Shown here piece by piece: positions 27,886 through 36,982 of a DNA stretch of 64,000 bases. The stretch spans positions 243,582 to 307,581 of the forward strand of contig CP070732.1 of assembly GCA_020347565.1 (NCBI GenBank), in the 5' to 3' direction. Below the pieces are notes generated by a model, which saw nothing but the letters and a program-made list of their open reading frames with translations, did not search any database and was not told the DNA's origin. Position 1 is the stretch's first letter; every line of letters starts with the position of its first letter. Origin of the DNA: Methanobacteriota archaeon. Its GTDB lineage: Archaea > Thermoplasmatota > Thermoplasmata > UBA10834. The translations under genes and the position numbers were made by a program.

Positions 27886-30675
27886 TTACGTCTCAGGAGG
27901 AGGTTCCTCAGGAGGAGCTTCCTCAGGAGGTGCGCCCTCTATGGTCTCCGGCTCCGGGCCTTTTCTCCGCTTCAAGAGCAAAGCCGCAGCCGCTACAGCA
28001 GCAATGAGTGCCAGTATCCCGACAACGATCGCTATGGTGCCCAATCCTCCTCCGCCGTCCTCATCCTCTTCAACGGCGGTCAGGTGGATGGTCAAACTCG
28101 CGGTCTCATTTGAGACCACTGTGACGGTCTCTGTGTCGTTCGTTTCGTACCCCGTCTTGCTGACAACGACTTCGTAGGTGCCCTCATCAACAAGAGTGAT
28201 CTCGAATGAACCACTGTCGTCGGTCTTCTTCGCATACGCTGCCTCCTCGTCGCCGGGACGGTACAGTTCTACCAGAGCGCCCGCGATTGCGACGCTCGTG
28301 TCCACAGAGTCCAGAACATCTCCTGCAACAGAACCAGAGGTTACACTCAGTGTGAAATTCTGCCATGTAGTATTGCCCATTACGACAGTCACGCTGGCAC
28401 TCTCGTTCGAGTATCCTTCTGCGGTCGCATAGATCTCATAGGTTCCAGACTCGACGGTATGGTTGTAGAATCCTTCCTCATCGGAGGATTGCTGACTGGA
28501 GGCTTCTGAGACAATCACCAAAGCTCCCGCAATCGGCTCACCTTCGGTATCATTCACATATCCGATGATCCACCCAGCATCTACAGGCACATCGATGACG
28601 GTGACCGTTATCGAGTCCAGATTACCACTCAACCCTTCTGGATCCTTAACTTCCAGGGTGACGGTAGATTCACCAGTTTCGTTGAAGAAGTGCTTGATGT
28701 TCTGGCCGTACAAGGTCGTCGTATCAAGAAGCTCCATGATTGTCCAAGTCCAGTTCAGCTCTTCGTCAGGGGATTCCAGGTCGTCTGCAGAGCCGGAGAA
28801 TGTCGCCTCCGTCCCGACAAACACTGTCCTGTCGTCTCCATCCATGTCCACATTGTACGGTGCTGTGTTTCCTGTGCTACCGATCGGCGTGATTGCGAAA
28901 TAGTACCAAAACGAACTGGGGCTTATCCCGGTTAAGACTTCCATATCGGGGAAGTTCTCGTACTCGTCAGTCCGGTAGCCAATCAAGCCGGACGGATACA
29001 CAAGACAGATGTACGGGCAGTCCCGATACACGATTTGCTGCATCTCGTGGACTATCGCCTGTCGCTCGTACAGGTCCATCGCTTCCTGCTGGTCCCACCA
29101 CAGCTGGTCGTAATAAGGATTCGTGTAGAAGCAATCGGACCACGCGGTGGTGTCGCTATTGTCCACGGGTATCTCATCCGTGGTCAACACGGACAGGAAC
29201 CATGTCGGGTCGACGTCGGGCCACCAGCTCCAGATGAACATGTCGTACTCCATATTGGACATTAGGTCGTATAGCTTCCCCTCAGACTCGTCGTATAGGT
29301 TGACTTTGACGCCAATATCTGCCCACCATATCTGCATCATCTCGGCAGTCTGTTCGTCATGGATGTTCGCGCGGATGTAGTAGAACTCGAATTCGAGGAG
29401 CGCGCCACTCGACTCGTTCTCCCGGACGGTCGGGCTGCTGATGTACCTGTATCCTGCATCCTCCAACATCTGGTTGGCTGCTGCGACGCAGTCCTCGTGT
29501 GAACCGTAGTCCCACCTCTCCTCCTCAGGCACATTGTAATGCCAGAAAGGCGTCGCAGGCGGTATGAGCCCATAGGCTGGTTGAGCCATGCCTTGGTGGA
29601 TTTCATTTGCGATGTACTCTATGTCCGTGGCCATCGTACACGCCTGCCTGACCGTCAGGTTCGTGGTCTCGTAATTCGTTGAAGCGGTGGGGAAGTTGCG
29701 TTCTCCACCAGTTTCCGACAACCTCCATTCTTTGGGCGCACAATTGAATCCGAATTCCTCAAGGATGAGTGTGGCGGGTGTCTGCCCATCAATGTCTGGG
29801 TTCGCGATGACGGTCTCCCATACGGACGGTGGTACGCCGTCGACCACATCGATATCTCCTGTCTCGAGAGCGGTAATCAGCGCATTGTCGCTCTTGTATA
29901 TGACGAAGATCAGTTTGTCGATATTCACCGAGTCGACTTCGATTCCTGGAAGGCGGTGGTACGGTTTCTGAGCGAGAAGATGGATTTCTCCCTCCGCCAT
30001 TCTGTATTCTTCCAGAATGAACGGACCAGAGCCGACGGGGCCATCTGGGAAGTAATCCGTTTCAAACATATCCACCGTATCGATTACGCCATCATCCCTC
30101 ACCTTACTCCAGAGGTGCTCCGGGAGGATCGGGACTATCAAGGATAGCATATTGGCCTTCGGTCTCAACAGGTCTATCTGAACAGTGTAGTTGTCAAGTG
30201 CGGTGACTTCGTCGAAGCCTTCTAGATAGCCAGCCAGAAGTGCGCATTCCTGTGGATAATCCATTATCATCTTGAACGTGAACTCAACGTCATGAGCCGT
30301 TACGGGAAGTCCGTCGTGCCAGTACGAGTCCTCAACGAGATGGTAGGTCCAAGTCAAGTTGCCGTTGCTGACTTCATGCGACGCTGCAAGTTGCGGATAC
30401 GGTTCCATCATCGGGCCAACGGCATAGAGGAACTCATACGTCATGTGCGCGACAGACCATGATGTGCCAGCCATCATATCGAACGGGTTGAAGGTGTCTG
30501 GGTCTTCCTTCACCCCTATTCTGTACTCATAATACGTTTGAACGGCTCCGACCGACGGAGCTGTCACAGCGAGCGTTGCCAGCGCCGTGAGCAGCAAGCA
30601 CACAACAATCGCCAAGGACACGAAGTAGTGCAGTCTGCATTTGTCAAACAAGCTCGAGTAATCCATCTCATTCAT
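27886..30675 (-). CDS. ABC transporter substrate-binding protein, family 5 (peptide/opine/nickel type), with ~350-aa C-terminal Ig-like/PKD + carboxypeptidase-regulatory-like extension and C-terminal TM anchor
   Basis: N-terminal signal/TM; ~560-aa SBP_bac_5-like core; beta-rich repeats (VTVIDVP..., YEIYATAEGY..., YEVVVSKTGY...); C-terminal hydrophobic anchor followed by KRRKGPEPETIEGAPPEEAPPEEPPPET. Confidence 0.75.
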   Translation of the reverse strand: MNEMDYSSLFDKCRLHYFVSLAIVVCLLLTALATLAVTAPSVGAVQTYYEYRIGVKEDPDTFNPFDMMAGTSWSVAHMTYEFLYAVGPMMEPYPQLAASHEVSNGNLTWTYHLVEDSYWHDGLPVTAHDVEFTFKMIMDYPQECALLAGYLEGFDEVTALDNYTVQIDLLRPKANMLSLIVPILPEHLWSKVRDDGVIDTVDMFETDYFPDGPVGSGPFILEEYRMAEGEIHLLAQKPYHRLPGIEVDSVNIDKLIFVIYKSDNALITALETGDIDVVDGVPPSVWETVIANPDIDGQTPATLILEEFGFNCAPKEWRLSETGGERNFPTASTNYETTNLTVRQACTMATDIEYIANEIHQGMAQPAYGLIPPATPFWHYNVPEEERWDYGSHEDCVAAANQMLEDAGYRYISSPTVRENESSGALLEFEFYYIRANIHDEQTAEMMQIWWADIGVKVNLYDESEGKLYDLMSNMEYDMFIWSWWPDVDPTWFLSVLTTDEIPVDNSDTTAWSDCFYTNPYYDQLWWDQQEAMDLYERQAIVHEMQQIVYRDCPYICLVYPSGLIGYRTDEYENFPDMEVLTGISPSSFWYYFAITPIGSTGNTAPYNVDMDGDDRTVFVGTEATFSGSADDLESPDEELNWTWTIMELLDTTTLYGQNIKHFFNETGESTVTLEVKDPEGLSGNLDSITVTVIDVPVDAGWIIGYVNDTEGEPIAGALVIVSEASSQQSSDEEGFYNHTVESGTYEIYATAEGYSNESASVTVVMGNTTWQNFTLSVTSGSVAGDVLDSVDTSVAIAGALVELYRPGDEEAAYAKKTDDSGSFEITLVDEGTYEVVVSKTGYETNDTETVTVVSNETASLTIHLTAVEEDEDGGGGLGTIAIVVGILALIAAVAAAALLLKRRKGPEPETIEGAPPEEAPPEEPPPET

Positions 30676-30868
30676 GATCCCTCAACCCCCGATGCTACGA
30701 TTTGATAGCCCAAGAGAAGAAACAATGAATCGAAGCTATATTAATCGACTTATCGATGTGTGGCCTGCACATTGGATCCCCCCGATGCTGCTTTCACCTC
30801 GTAGCATTGCACAATGGATATCTGGCCAACCCATTATAAAGCTTCTTCTATCGCGAAGGGCAACAGCG

Positions 30869-30878
30869 ATATATAAGA
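30869..30878 (+). promoter_or_regulatory. TATA box for MttB paralog 2
   Basis: gatatataag, followed by GGGAGG SD and the TTG start at 30916. Confidence 0.45.
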
Positions 30879-30915
30879 TGTCTGACATGCAGGCTATTGA
30901 CGGGAGGCATCGAAC

Positions 30916-32373
30916 TTGGAAATCAAGGCGCCGAAGGGCGGTCAATTGGAACTCTTATCTCGCGACGACCTGGACAAGATTCACGGCGCCACAGTCGAAA
31001 TCCTTCAGAGATTAGGGATGAAGATCTGGGAGCCAACTGCCTTGAAGCTGTTCAAAGATGCTGGAGCCGACGTCGACGAGAAGACAATGATGGTCCGCAT
31101 CCCAGAGAACCTCCTCAAAGAGACTGTTCGGAAGGCTCCTCAGGAGTTCAAGCTCTATGGGAGGGATCCGGACTATATTCTCAACATGGCCGAAAACAAT
31201 GTCCACATCGGACCATCTGGTCTCGCCGTAAGAGTGCATGACCTCGACGGCAAGATCAGGCCTGGGAAGCTGAAGGACGTCGGAAACCTCGCGAGGCTCA
31301 TCGACGCTCTGGAGAACATCCATATGAATGTCATGAGCGTCACCCCGTCCGACGTCCCGGACGATCTGTATCACCTTCATGGAATCATGGAGGATTGGAG
31401 GAACTCAGTCAAGACGACTGATGGATACAATTGGACCGCAAGGAAGGCCCAAGAGACCATAGACATGGCGTCGATTCTCAGGGGAGGCACAGAGGAACTG
31501 ATGAAGAAGCCGTGCCTTCTTGGTTTCACGAATCCCGTCAGCCCTATGCAGCAATCCAAGGAGCTGATCGAGGGGGCGCTGGTCTACGCGAAGTACAAGC
31601 AGCCGATGATCTACGCTCCTGAAGCACTTGCGGGCGGCACCGCACCCGCGACCCTCGCAGGCCTGCTTGCACAGCAGAACGCTGAGGTGTTATCTGGAAT
31701 CATGATATCCGAGCTCGCGAACCCCGGAGCTCCCGTGTTCTACGGGACGGTCTCGGCGGCGCTGGACATGAAGACGGGAGCGACAGCCCTTGGGGGGCCT
31801 GAAGTCGGACTGCTGAATATCGCGACTGGACAGCTCGGAAGATACTACGGGCTCCCGCGAAGAGGCACGGGCGGCAACTCCGATTCAAAGGCATTGGACG
31901 CTCAGGCAGGGTTGGAGACGGCGACGAACATGCTCATGGCAGGACTCGCAGGGATGAATTTCATCTATGACGCCTGCGGCTCCCTCGAGGGCAGCATAAC
32001 GACGTCCTATGAGAAACTCGTGATTGACAACGAAATCGCCGGTATGGTCACGAGGATCCTTGGCGGCATAGAGGTCACGGAGGAAACGCTCGCGGTTGAC
32101 GAGATCTGCAGAGTCGGGCCGAATGCCAGCTTCCTCGGGACGTCGTTCACGGCGAAGCACTTCAGGAAGGAGCACTTCCTCCCAACGCTGCTTGACCGCA
32201 GGTCACTGGAATCGTGGCTGAAAGCCGGCTCGAAAGACATCACCGCGGTCGCGCGAGAGAAGGCAAAGCAGATACTGAAGGAGCACGAGCCTGTGCCCAT
32301 GGACAAAGGCGTCACAGCAGAGCTAGAAGAATACGTGAAGAAGGCGACAAAGACGAAGGCGACAAAGACATAG
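30916..32373 (+). CDS. MttB-superfamily (COG5598) protein, non-pyrrolysine, paralog 2 (~70% identical to paralog 1)
   Basis: 485 aa with no internal TAG. ELLSRDDLDKIHGATVEIL and LAGGTAPATLAGLLAQQNAEVLSGI...GGPEVGLLNIATGQLGRYYGLPRRGTGG are near-identical to paralog 1. In-frame stop lies 15 nt upstream; TTG start at 30916; GGGAGG SD ~9 nt upstream; TATA gatatataag at 30869-78. Confidence 0.8.
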   Translation: MEIKAPKGGQLELLSRDDLDKIHGATVEILQRLGMKIWEPTALKLFKDAGADVDEKTMMVRIPENLLKETVRKAPQEFKLYGRDPDYILNMAENNVHIGPSGLAVRVHDLDGKIRPGKLKDVGNLARLIDALENIHMNVMSVTPSDVPDDLYHLHGIMEDWRNSVKTTDGYNWTARKAQETIDMASILRGGTEELMKKPCLLGFTNPVSPMQQSKELIEGALVYAKYKQPMIYAPEALAGGTAPATLAGLLAQQNAEVLSGIMISELANPGAPVFYGTVSAALDMKTGATALGGPEVGLLNIATGQLGRYYGLPRRGTGGNSDSKALDAQAGLETATNMLMAGLAGMNFIYDACGSLEGSITTSYEKLVIDNEIAGMVTRILGGIEVTEETLAVDEICRVGPNASFLGTSFTAKHFRKEHFLPTLLDRRSLESWLKAGSKDITAVAREKAKQILKEHEPVPMDKGVTAELEEYVKKATKTKATKT

Positions 32374-32513
32374 GGACTCTGAAACGATTGCGCCAGCTGT
32401 CCCCTGAATCTGCAACCCGGGACTCGATCTGGAGCGCAGAGGCGGAGGGGGCCACAACACGACGAGGCTGGATTGAAGCCCTGTCGCAGACGATCCACGC
32501 GCGCAGTTTTGCT

Positions 32514-33569
32514 CTAGATGCTGAACCTCACGAACTGGTTCTCACAGGGCGATCCATGGGCTATCCAGAACTCCCTCTTCGAGGGCACACTGATCCACGA
32601 ATCCAGGGTGAGTCCCCGCTCCTTCGGACCCGGATCATCTCCTGGGTGATGGCAGATCGAGGCCGGATAATCCACATGGTCCCGCAAGAAGCCCATGCAT
32701 GTTTCCAGGTCTATCTTGCCTCGGTTCTCCCTCAACAGCCTGTTCATTCTGTTGTGGCGGATTATGCTGCAAGAGGTTACTCCAGTGTTCTGCGTCGTTC
32801 GGAACTTGTCCGACACAAAGTGGTTGGCGTGGCCTATGTACTCTCCGCTGTAGGAGATATCCAGATCGTTAGGTGTTGCTTCAACGTTGTACAATTCGGT
32901 CTCATTCGTTATGACGAAGTTGAAGTATCCTGCTCTGTCCGCTCTTCGAACGGCGTCCAGCGCCTTCCCCAAGGTCTTCTGCTTCAGAACTTCAGCCACT
33001 ATGAGGTAGGAAGGCACTCCAGCAGTCATTTCCTTCTGCGGCACAGTGTTCCAGTTGATGCTGATCCCGCTCGAATTCAATCCAGCACAGGCCAGCATGC
33101 CTGGGTTGGTGTAATCCAGGATGTCAGGACCGTTTTCCCTCCTGATCTTGAATAGCAGGCTGAGCTCCCCATCCCACCACTCTTTTTCAAGACCATCCCA
33201 TGTTTGCCCAGCATACGTCTCGCCTTTTTCTGTCGCATTGCCTGTCGCGGCAAATGCTGTGCAACCGGGACGGTCGAAATCGCTTCTCTCCTCGAGGGCG
33301 TTTATCATCACTATCTCTTCATAGGCCCGCTCCGATCCTTCCGCAATGCCTCTGAGCTCGTCAGCGATTTCCGGAGAGTATTCCCGGATGAAAGGCTCGT
33401 ACTTGCTAGCATGTCTCAGCAACTGGTCTTTGGTCTGTCTACCGGCGAACTCCTGGTAGAACTGCTCCTCTATCATCCGGGTGATAAGGCTCTTGCAGAT
33501 CTCGCCATAGCCGAAACCCCTGTCGTATGCGTTGCCGCTCAGATCCATTGTGAAAAGGCTCTTTGCCAT
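32514..33569 (-). CDS. C45-family Ntn amidohydrolase/acyltransferase (acyl-CoA:6-APA acyltransferase / choloylglycine-hydrolase-like fold)
   Basis: Predicted autoprocessing site ...DFDRPG|C103TAFAATG with catalytic Cys at position 103, as in isopenicillin-N acyltransferase; ~350 aa. Confidence 0.65.
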   Translation of the reverse strand: MAKSLFTMDLSGNAYDRGFGYGEICKSLITRMIEEQFYQEFAGRQTKDQLLRHASKYEPFIREYSPEIADELRGIAEGSERAYEEIVMINALEERSDFDRPGCTAFAATGNATEKGETYAGQTWDGLEKEWWDGELSLLFKIRRENGPDILDYTNPGMLACAGLNSSGISINWNTVPQKEMTAGVPSYLIVAEVLKQKTLGKALDAVRRADRAGYFNFVITNETELYNVEATPNDLDISYSGEYIGHANHFVSDKFRTTQNTGVTSCSIIRHNRMNRLLRENRGKIDLETCMGFLRDHVDYPASICHHPGDDPGPKERGLTLDSWISVPSKREFWIAHGSPCENQFVRFSI

Positions 33570-33738
33570 GATGATGCTCTCCCCTGGTTCCTGATTACCG
33601 CAACCACCATAAGCATTGCTGTGTCTTGATGTTCAGTGCGTTGCCGACCTATTCGTGTGAGCGCCGAATTCGCGTGCCTGAAGGGGAGCCAAGGGTTTAT
33701 CTCTGCCCTTTCCCTCCCAGGCGTCAGGAGGGCTACTC

Positions 33739-35190
33739 GTGAAGGGGATTCCGTGCAAACAGATGATCAAGATACTGACCGACGAACAGGTGGAGAAGGT
33801 TCACGAGGCCTCCCTCAAGATACTTGAGGGGACGGGCGTCAGGTTCGATAGCGCAGACGCGAGGCGCCGCCTGATGGACTCTGGCGGGATTGCGCACACG
33901 GACAGGAAGGACGTCATCACTTTCCCCAGAAGCGTGATTGAGGAGGCAATCGGCAAGGTCCCGCGCGAGGTCAGCTACTTCGCGAGGGACCCCGAATGGG
34001 ACATCAGGTACGACGGTGAACACACGTACCCGTACGCTGGAGGCGGCGACCCAAACGTCCTGGACATCGACACTGGGAAGGCGAGGCCCTCAACGTTTGC
34101 TGACGTCGAAGACGCCGCGAGACTCGGTGATGCGCTCGAGAACAACAACTCGGTTTCACATATGGTCATCGCCAACGATGTCCCTCCCTGGATGATAGAG
34201 CTCAGGACCATGGAGGCGGGGATGAAGAACTCGGCGAAGGCCTTGTCCCACCACGCCACACGTGCGGAGACCGTGGATTACATGGTCAAGATATGGTCTT
34301 GCGTTGCTGGCGGCGAGGAGGAGTTCAGGAAGAGGCCTCTGCTCAGCCTGGGCAGCTCCCCGAGCAGTCCGCTGACCTACGCCAGCCACGTGTGCGATGT
34401 CCTGATCAGGAGCGTGGAGCTAGGGGTTCCGTTCTCCGTCATTCCTTGCCCCGTCTCGGGCGGGACCGGCCCGGCGACGCTCGGAGGGTCCCTGGCGCTG
34501 CAGAACGCCGAGACGCTGGCCGGCTTGGTGCTGATGCATGCGGCCGCCCCGCCGCTCCCGACAGTGTATTGCGGCAGGGTCTGCTTCATGGACCCGAGGA
34601 GCGGACGGGACCTATGGGGAGTGCCAGAGGAGGGACTGGTATCGGCAGCCCTCGTCCAGCTCGGCAAGAGATACGATATGGTTTGTGACGCCTGCGGCAC
34701 GGCCTCCGACGTGACGAGATGGGACCTCCAGATCGGGTTCGAGTGCATGATGACTACGCTACTGCCAGTCATGGCCGGGGCCGAGAGCGTTTCCGGCATC
34801 GGCGGCGGATGGGAAGGCGCCTCAAGCCTCGAGATGATGGTCGTCGGCAACGAGGTATACGACGACGTCGCCAGGGTCATGAGGGGCATCGCCCTGGACG
34901 ACGACGTGCTCGGTTTGGATGTAATCGATGGGGTGGGGCACATGGGCACATACCTCACGCAGCCTCACACCGCGAAGTACCTGCGGAAGGGGGAGCTGAG
35001 GATCTCGTCGCTCTGGGACAAGAGGACTTCCGAGAGCGCCTCGAGGGAAGGGTCAAAGCCCTTGATCGAGACCGCGAGGGATGTTGCCAAAAGCGTATTG
35101 AAAGAGCATGAGCCGATGCCCTTGGACAGGGACGTCGAGCAGGAGATTGGCACGATACTGAAAGACGCGCAGAAGGCCCTCGCAAGATAG
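33739..35190 (+). CDS. MttB-superfamily (COG5598) protein, non-pyrrolysine, divergent paralog 3
   Basis: 483 aa with no internal TAG. ILTDEQVEKVHEASLKIL, PATLGGSLALQNAETLAGL; alignable to paralogs 1 and 2 over the full length but much more divergent. GTG start with AGGAGG SD 8 nt upstream; alternative ATG at 33763. Confidence 0.75.
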   Translation: MKGIPCKQMIKILTDEQVEKVHEASLKILEGTGVRFDSADARRRLMDSGGIAHTDRKDVITFPRSVIEEAIGKVPREVSYFARDPEWDIRYDGEHTYPYAGGGDPNVLDIDTGKARPSTFADVEDAARLGDALENNNSVSHMVIANDVPPWMIELRTMEAGMKNSAKALSHHATRAETVDYMVKIWSCVAGGEEEFRKRPLLSLGSSPSSPLTYASHVCDVLIRSVELGVPFSVIPCPVSGGTGPATLGGSLALQNAETLAGLVLMHAAAPPLPTVYCGRVCFMDPRSGRDLWGVPEEGLVSAALVQLGKRYDMVCDACGTASDVTRWDLQIGFECMMTTLLPVMAGAESVSGIGGGWEGASSLEMMVVGNEVYDDVARVMRGIALDDDVLGLDVIDGVGHMGTYLTQPHTAKYLRKGELRISSLWDKRTSESASREGSKPLIETARDVAKSVLKEHEPMPLDRDVEQEIGTILKDAQKALAR

Positions 35191-35283
35191 TCGCCCAGAC
35201 GCTCGCCGCTGTGGCCGCACGCCAGCTGAGGCGACGGGAACGGCAGTAGCCGAGCCCTCTGTGCAACGGCCTTCCGACCGCGT

Positions 35284-35823
35284 TCAGATGTCTATGCTGC
35301 TGTAGTCGACGTCCGAAGCCCTCTTGAAGTACCCCTTCGGATGCTTGCAGTTCGGGCACTCGTCCGGCGCTTCCTTGCCCCTGTGCAGATGACCGCAGTT
35401 CGTGCAGAACCAGACCTCTTCCTCGTCTGACTTGTAGAGCGTTCCATCCCTCAGCCTGTCGAGCAGAAGCTGGTACCTCTTCGCGTGGTGCTTCTCGCTC
35501 ACGATCACATGCTCGAAGTACTTCGCCTCGTCGGCCTTCCCCTCATCGCGTGCCCCCTTGGCGAAAGTCGGGTACATCTCCGTCCATTCGTAGGTCTCGC
35601 CCTTCACCGCCTCGACCAGGTTCTCCTCTGTGGTGCCGACCATGCCGAGGAGCTTCATGATCATCGCGGCATGTTCGTACTCGTTGTCAGCCGTCTCCTC
35701 GAAGATCTTGGCTATTGCCTGATGGCCCTCCTTCTTCGCGGCACCCGCCCACTTCACGTACTTCGCTCTCGCCTGGGCCTCGCCCGCGAGAGCCGCCTTG
35801 AGATTCTCCTCCGTCTTGCTCAA
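35284..35823 (-). CDS. rbr: rubrerythrin
   Basis: Di-iron ferritin-like EX2H motifs plus C-terminal rubredoxin CTNCGH...CPNC. Confidence 0.85.
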   Translation of the reverse strand: MSKTEENLKAALAGEAQARAKYVKWAGAAKKEGHQAIAKIFEETADNEYEHAAMIMKLLGMVGTTEENLVEAVKGETYEWTEMYPTFAKGARDEGKADEAKYFEHVIVSEKHHAKRYQLLLDRLRDGTLYKSDEEEVWFCTNCGHLHRGKEAPDECPNCKHPKGYFKRASDVDYSSIDI

Positions 35824-35901
35824 CCTAATCCCTCTGGATGAGTGAAAGGGTTGCCCACATAAGTATCCCTCGCCTAATCCATGAGGGCTGGTCTCGTCGC
35901 G

Positions 35902-36417
35902 CTAGGATTGTATCGATACCAGGTAGTCTATGAACTTGCTCAGAGGCATCCCGTCCTTCCAGCGCATGATGAGGTTGCCCCCCTTGGACGCCTCTATCTT
36001 CGGCAGTCTCTCGTACATGAACCGCAGCCTGCCGTTCACGGACCCCATCTCTATCGTGAACATCCTCCAGGCGTCGCCCCGCTGCCCCTTGTGCCTGAAA
36101 GCGTATATCGGCATGAGCCCGGCACGCCTGCAGTCCTCCACCATCTCCTGCGCCTGCACCGCGAGCTTCTCGCTCCTGCTGAAGCGCAGCACCTGGCTCG
36201 TGGAGCTCTTGACTTCGATCGGGAGGGATATGCCCTCTCTTATGGCGACGAGGTCGACGCCCAACGAGCCCGCGCCGCGTATGACGAGAAACGGCTTGTC
36301 CTCGATCCTCCGGTAGCCGGTCCTCTCCTCGGTGTTGCATGTCTTGGTGACCCTCTCGAGCGTGTCACTGTTCGCGCTGAGGATCCCCTTGAGCTCTCGC
36401 TCGAAAACCTTGCCCAT
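35902..36417 (-). CDS. Holliday junction resolvase Hjc-like nuclease
   Basis: GKVFERELKGIL...VIRGAGSLGVDLVAIREG..IEVKSS matches the Hjc E..D..EVK catalytic motif layout. Confidence 0.55.
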   Translation of the reverse strand: MGKVFERELKGILSANSDTLERVTKTCNTEERTGYRRIEDKPFLVIRGAGSLGVDLVAIREGISLPIEVKSSTSQVLRFSRSEKLAVQAQEMVEDCRRAGLMPIYAFRHKGQRGDAWRMFTIEMGSVNGRLRFMYERLPKIEASKGGNLIMRWKDGMPLSKFIDYLVSIQS

Positions 36418-36464
36418 CCCATCGCCTTGGCTGCGTGTATCGCGTCGCCAGAATTAATCACTTT

Positions 36465-36965
36465 CTACATGCAGTCAGCGATCGCCTGCGCGTCGATGTC
36501 CTCGAGGACCAGTTTGTCGAGGTCGTCGGTGTGGAGGGCGCACTTCGTCCCGGGCGCTTCGGGCGTCCGCGGTTCCGCGCTTCCAGCCTCGCACTCGTAG
36601 ACGACGAGCAGTCTCTTCACTGAGATGTTGCCATAGTGTCGTGTCACATCGTAGAGCGCTCTGAGCCTCATGCCCTCCGCATCGATCCCGCACGACTCGC
36701 TCACGACCCGGGCGCCCGCCTCCTCCGGCGCCTCGTCCATCGCGATCCTCCCGGACGGCAGCGTCCACACGGACGCCGCTCCCTTTCGTAGGAGGAACAC
36801 GCCCTCCCTGCGCTTCGTCACGACGACGGCCTCCCCCTTGCACGGCGTGTAATCCATGTCGAACTTCATCTCGAGGAGGTCTAGCTCGAAGCGCCTGACG
36901 ACGAGGTCAGGCGTGTCGGCCGCCAGCTCGTCGATCTCGTCCGCGGTCGGCAGCTCCAGCAGCAT
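36465..36965 (-). CDS. NUDIX-like hydrolase (degenerate Nudix box)
   Basis: WTLPSGRIAMDEAPEEAGARVVSESCGI resembles GX5EX7REUXEEXGU with deviations. Confidence 0.35.
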   Translation of the reverse strand: MLLELPTADEIDELAADTPDLVVRRFELDLLEMKFDMDYTPCKGEAVVVTKRREGVFLLRKGAASVWTLPSGRIAMDEAPEEAGARVVSESCGIDAEGMRLRALYDVTRHYGNISVKRLLVVYECEAGSAEPRTPEAPGTKCALHTDDLDKLVLEDIDAQAIADCM

Positions 36966-36982
36966 CCTCTTGGATCGTTCTG

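Noticed and set aside
24397-35190. Pyrrolysine (in-frame UAG) MttB genes.
   Set aside because: All three MttB-like ORFs are uninterrupted by TAG over their full ~485-aa length, so they are non-Pyl family members. pylT/pylS cannot be assessed from this window.
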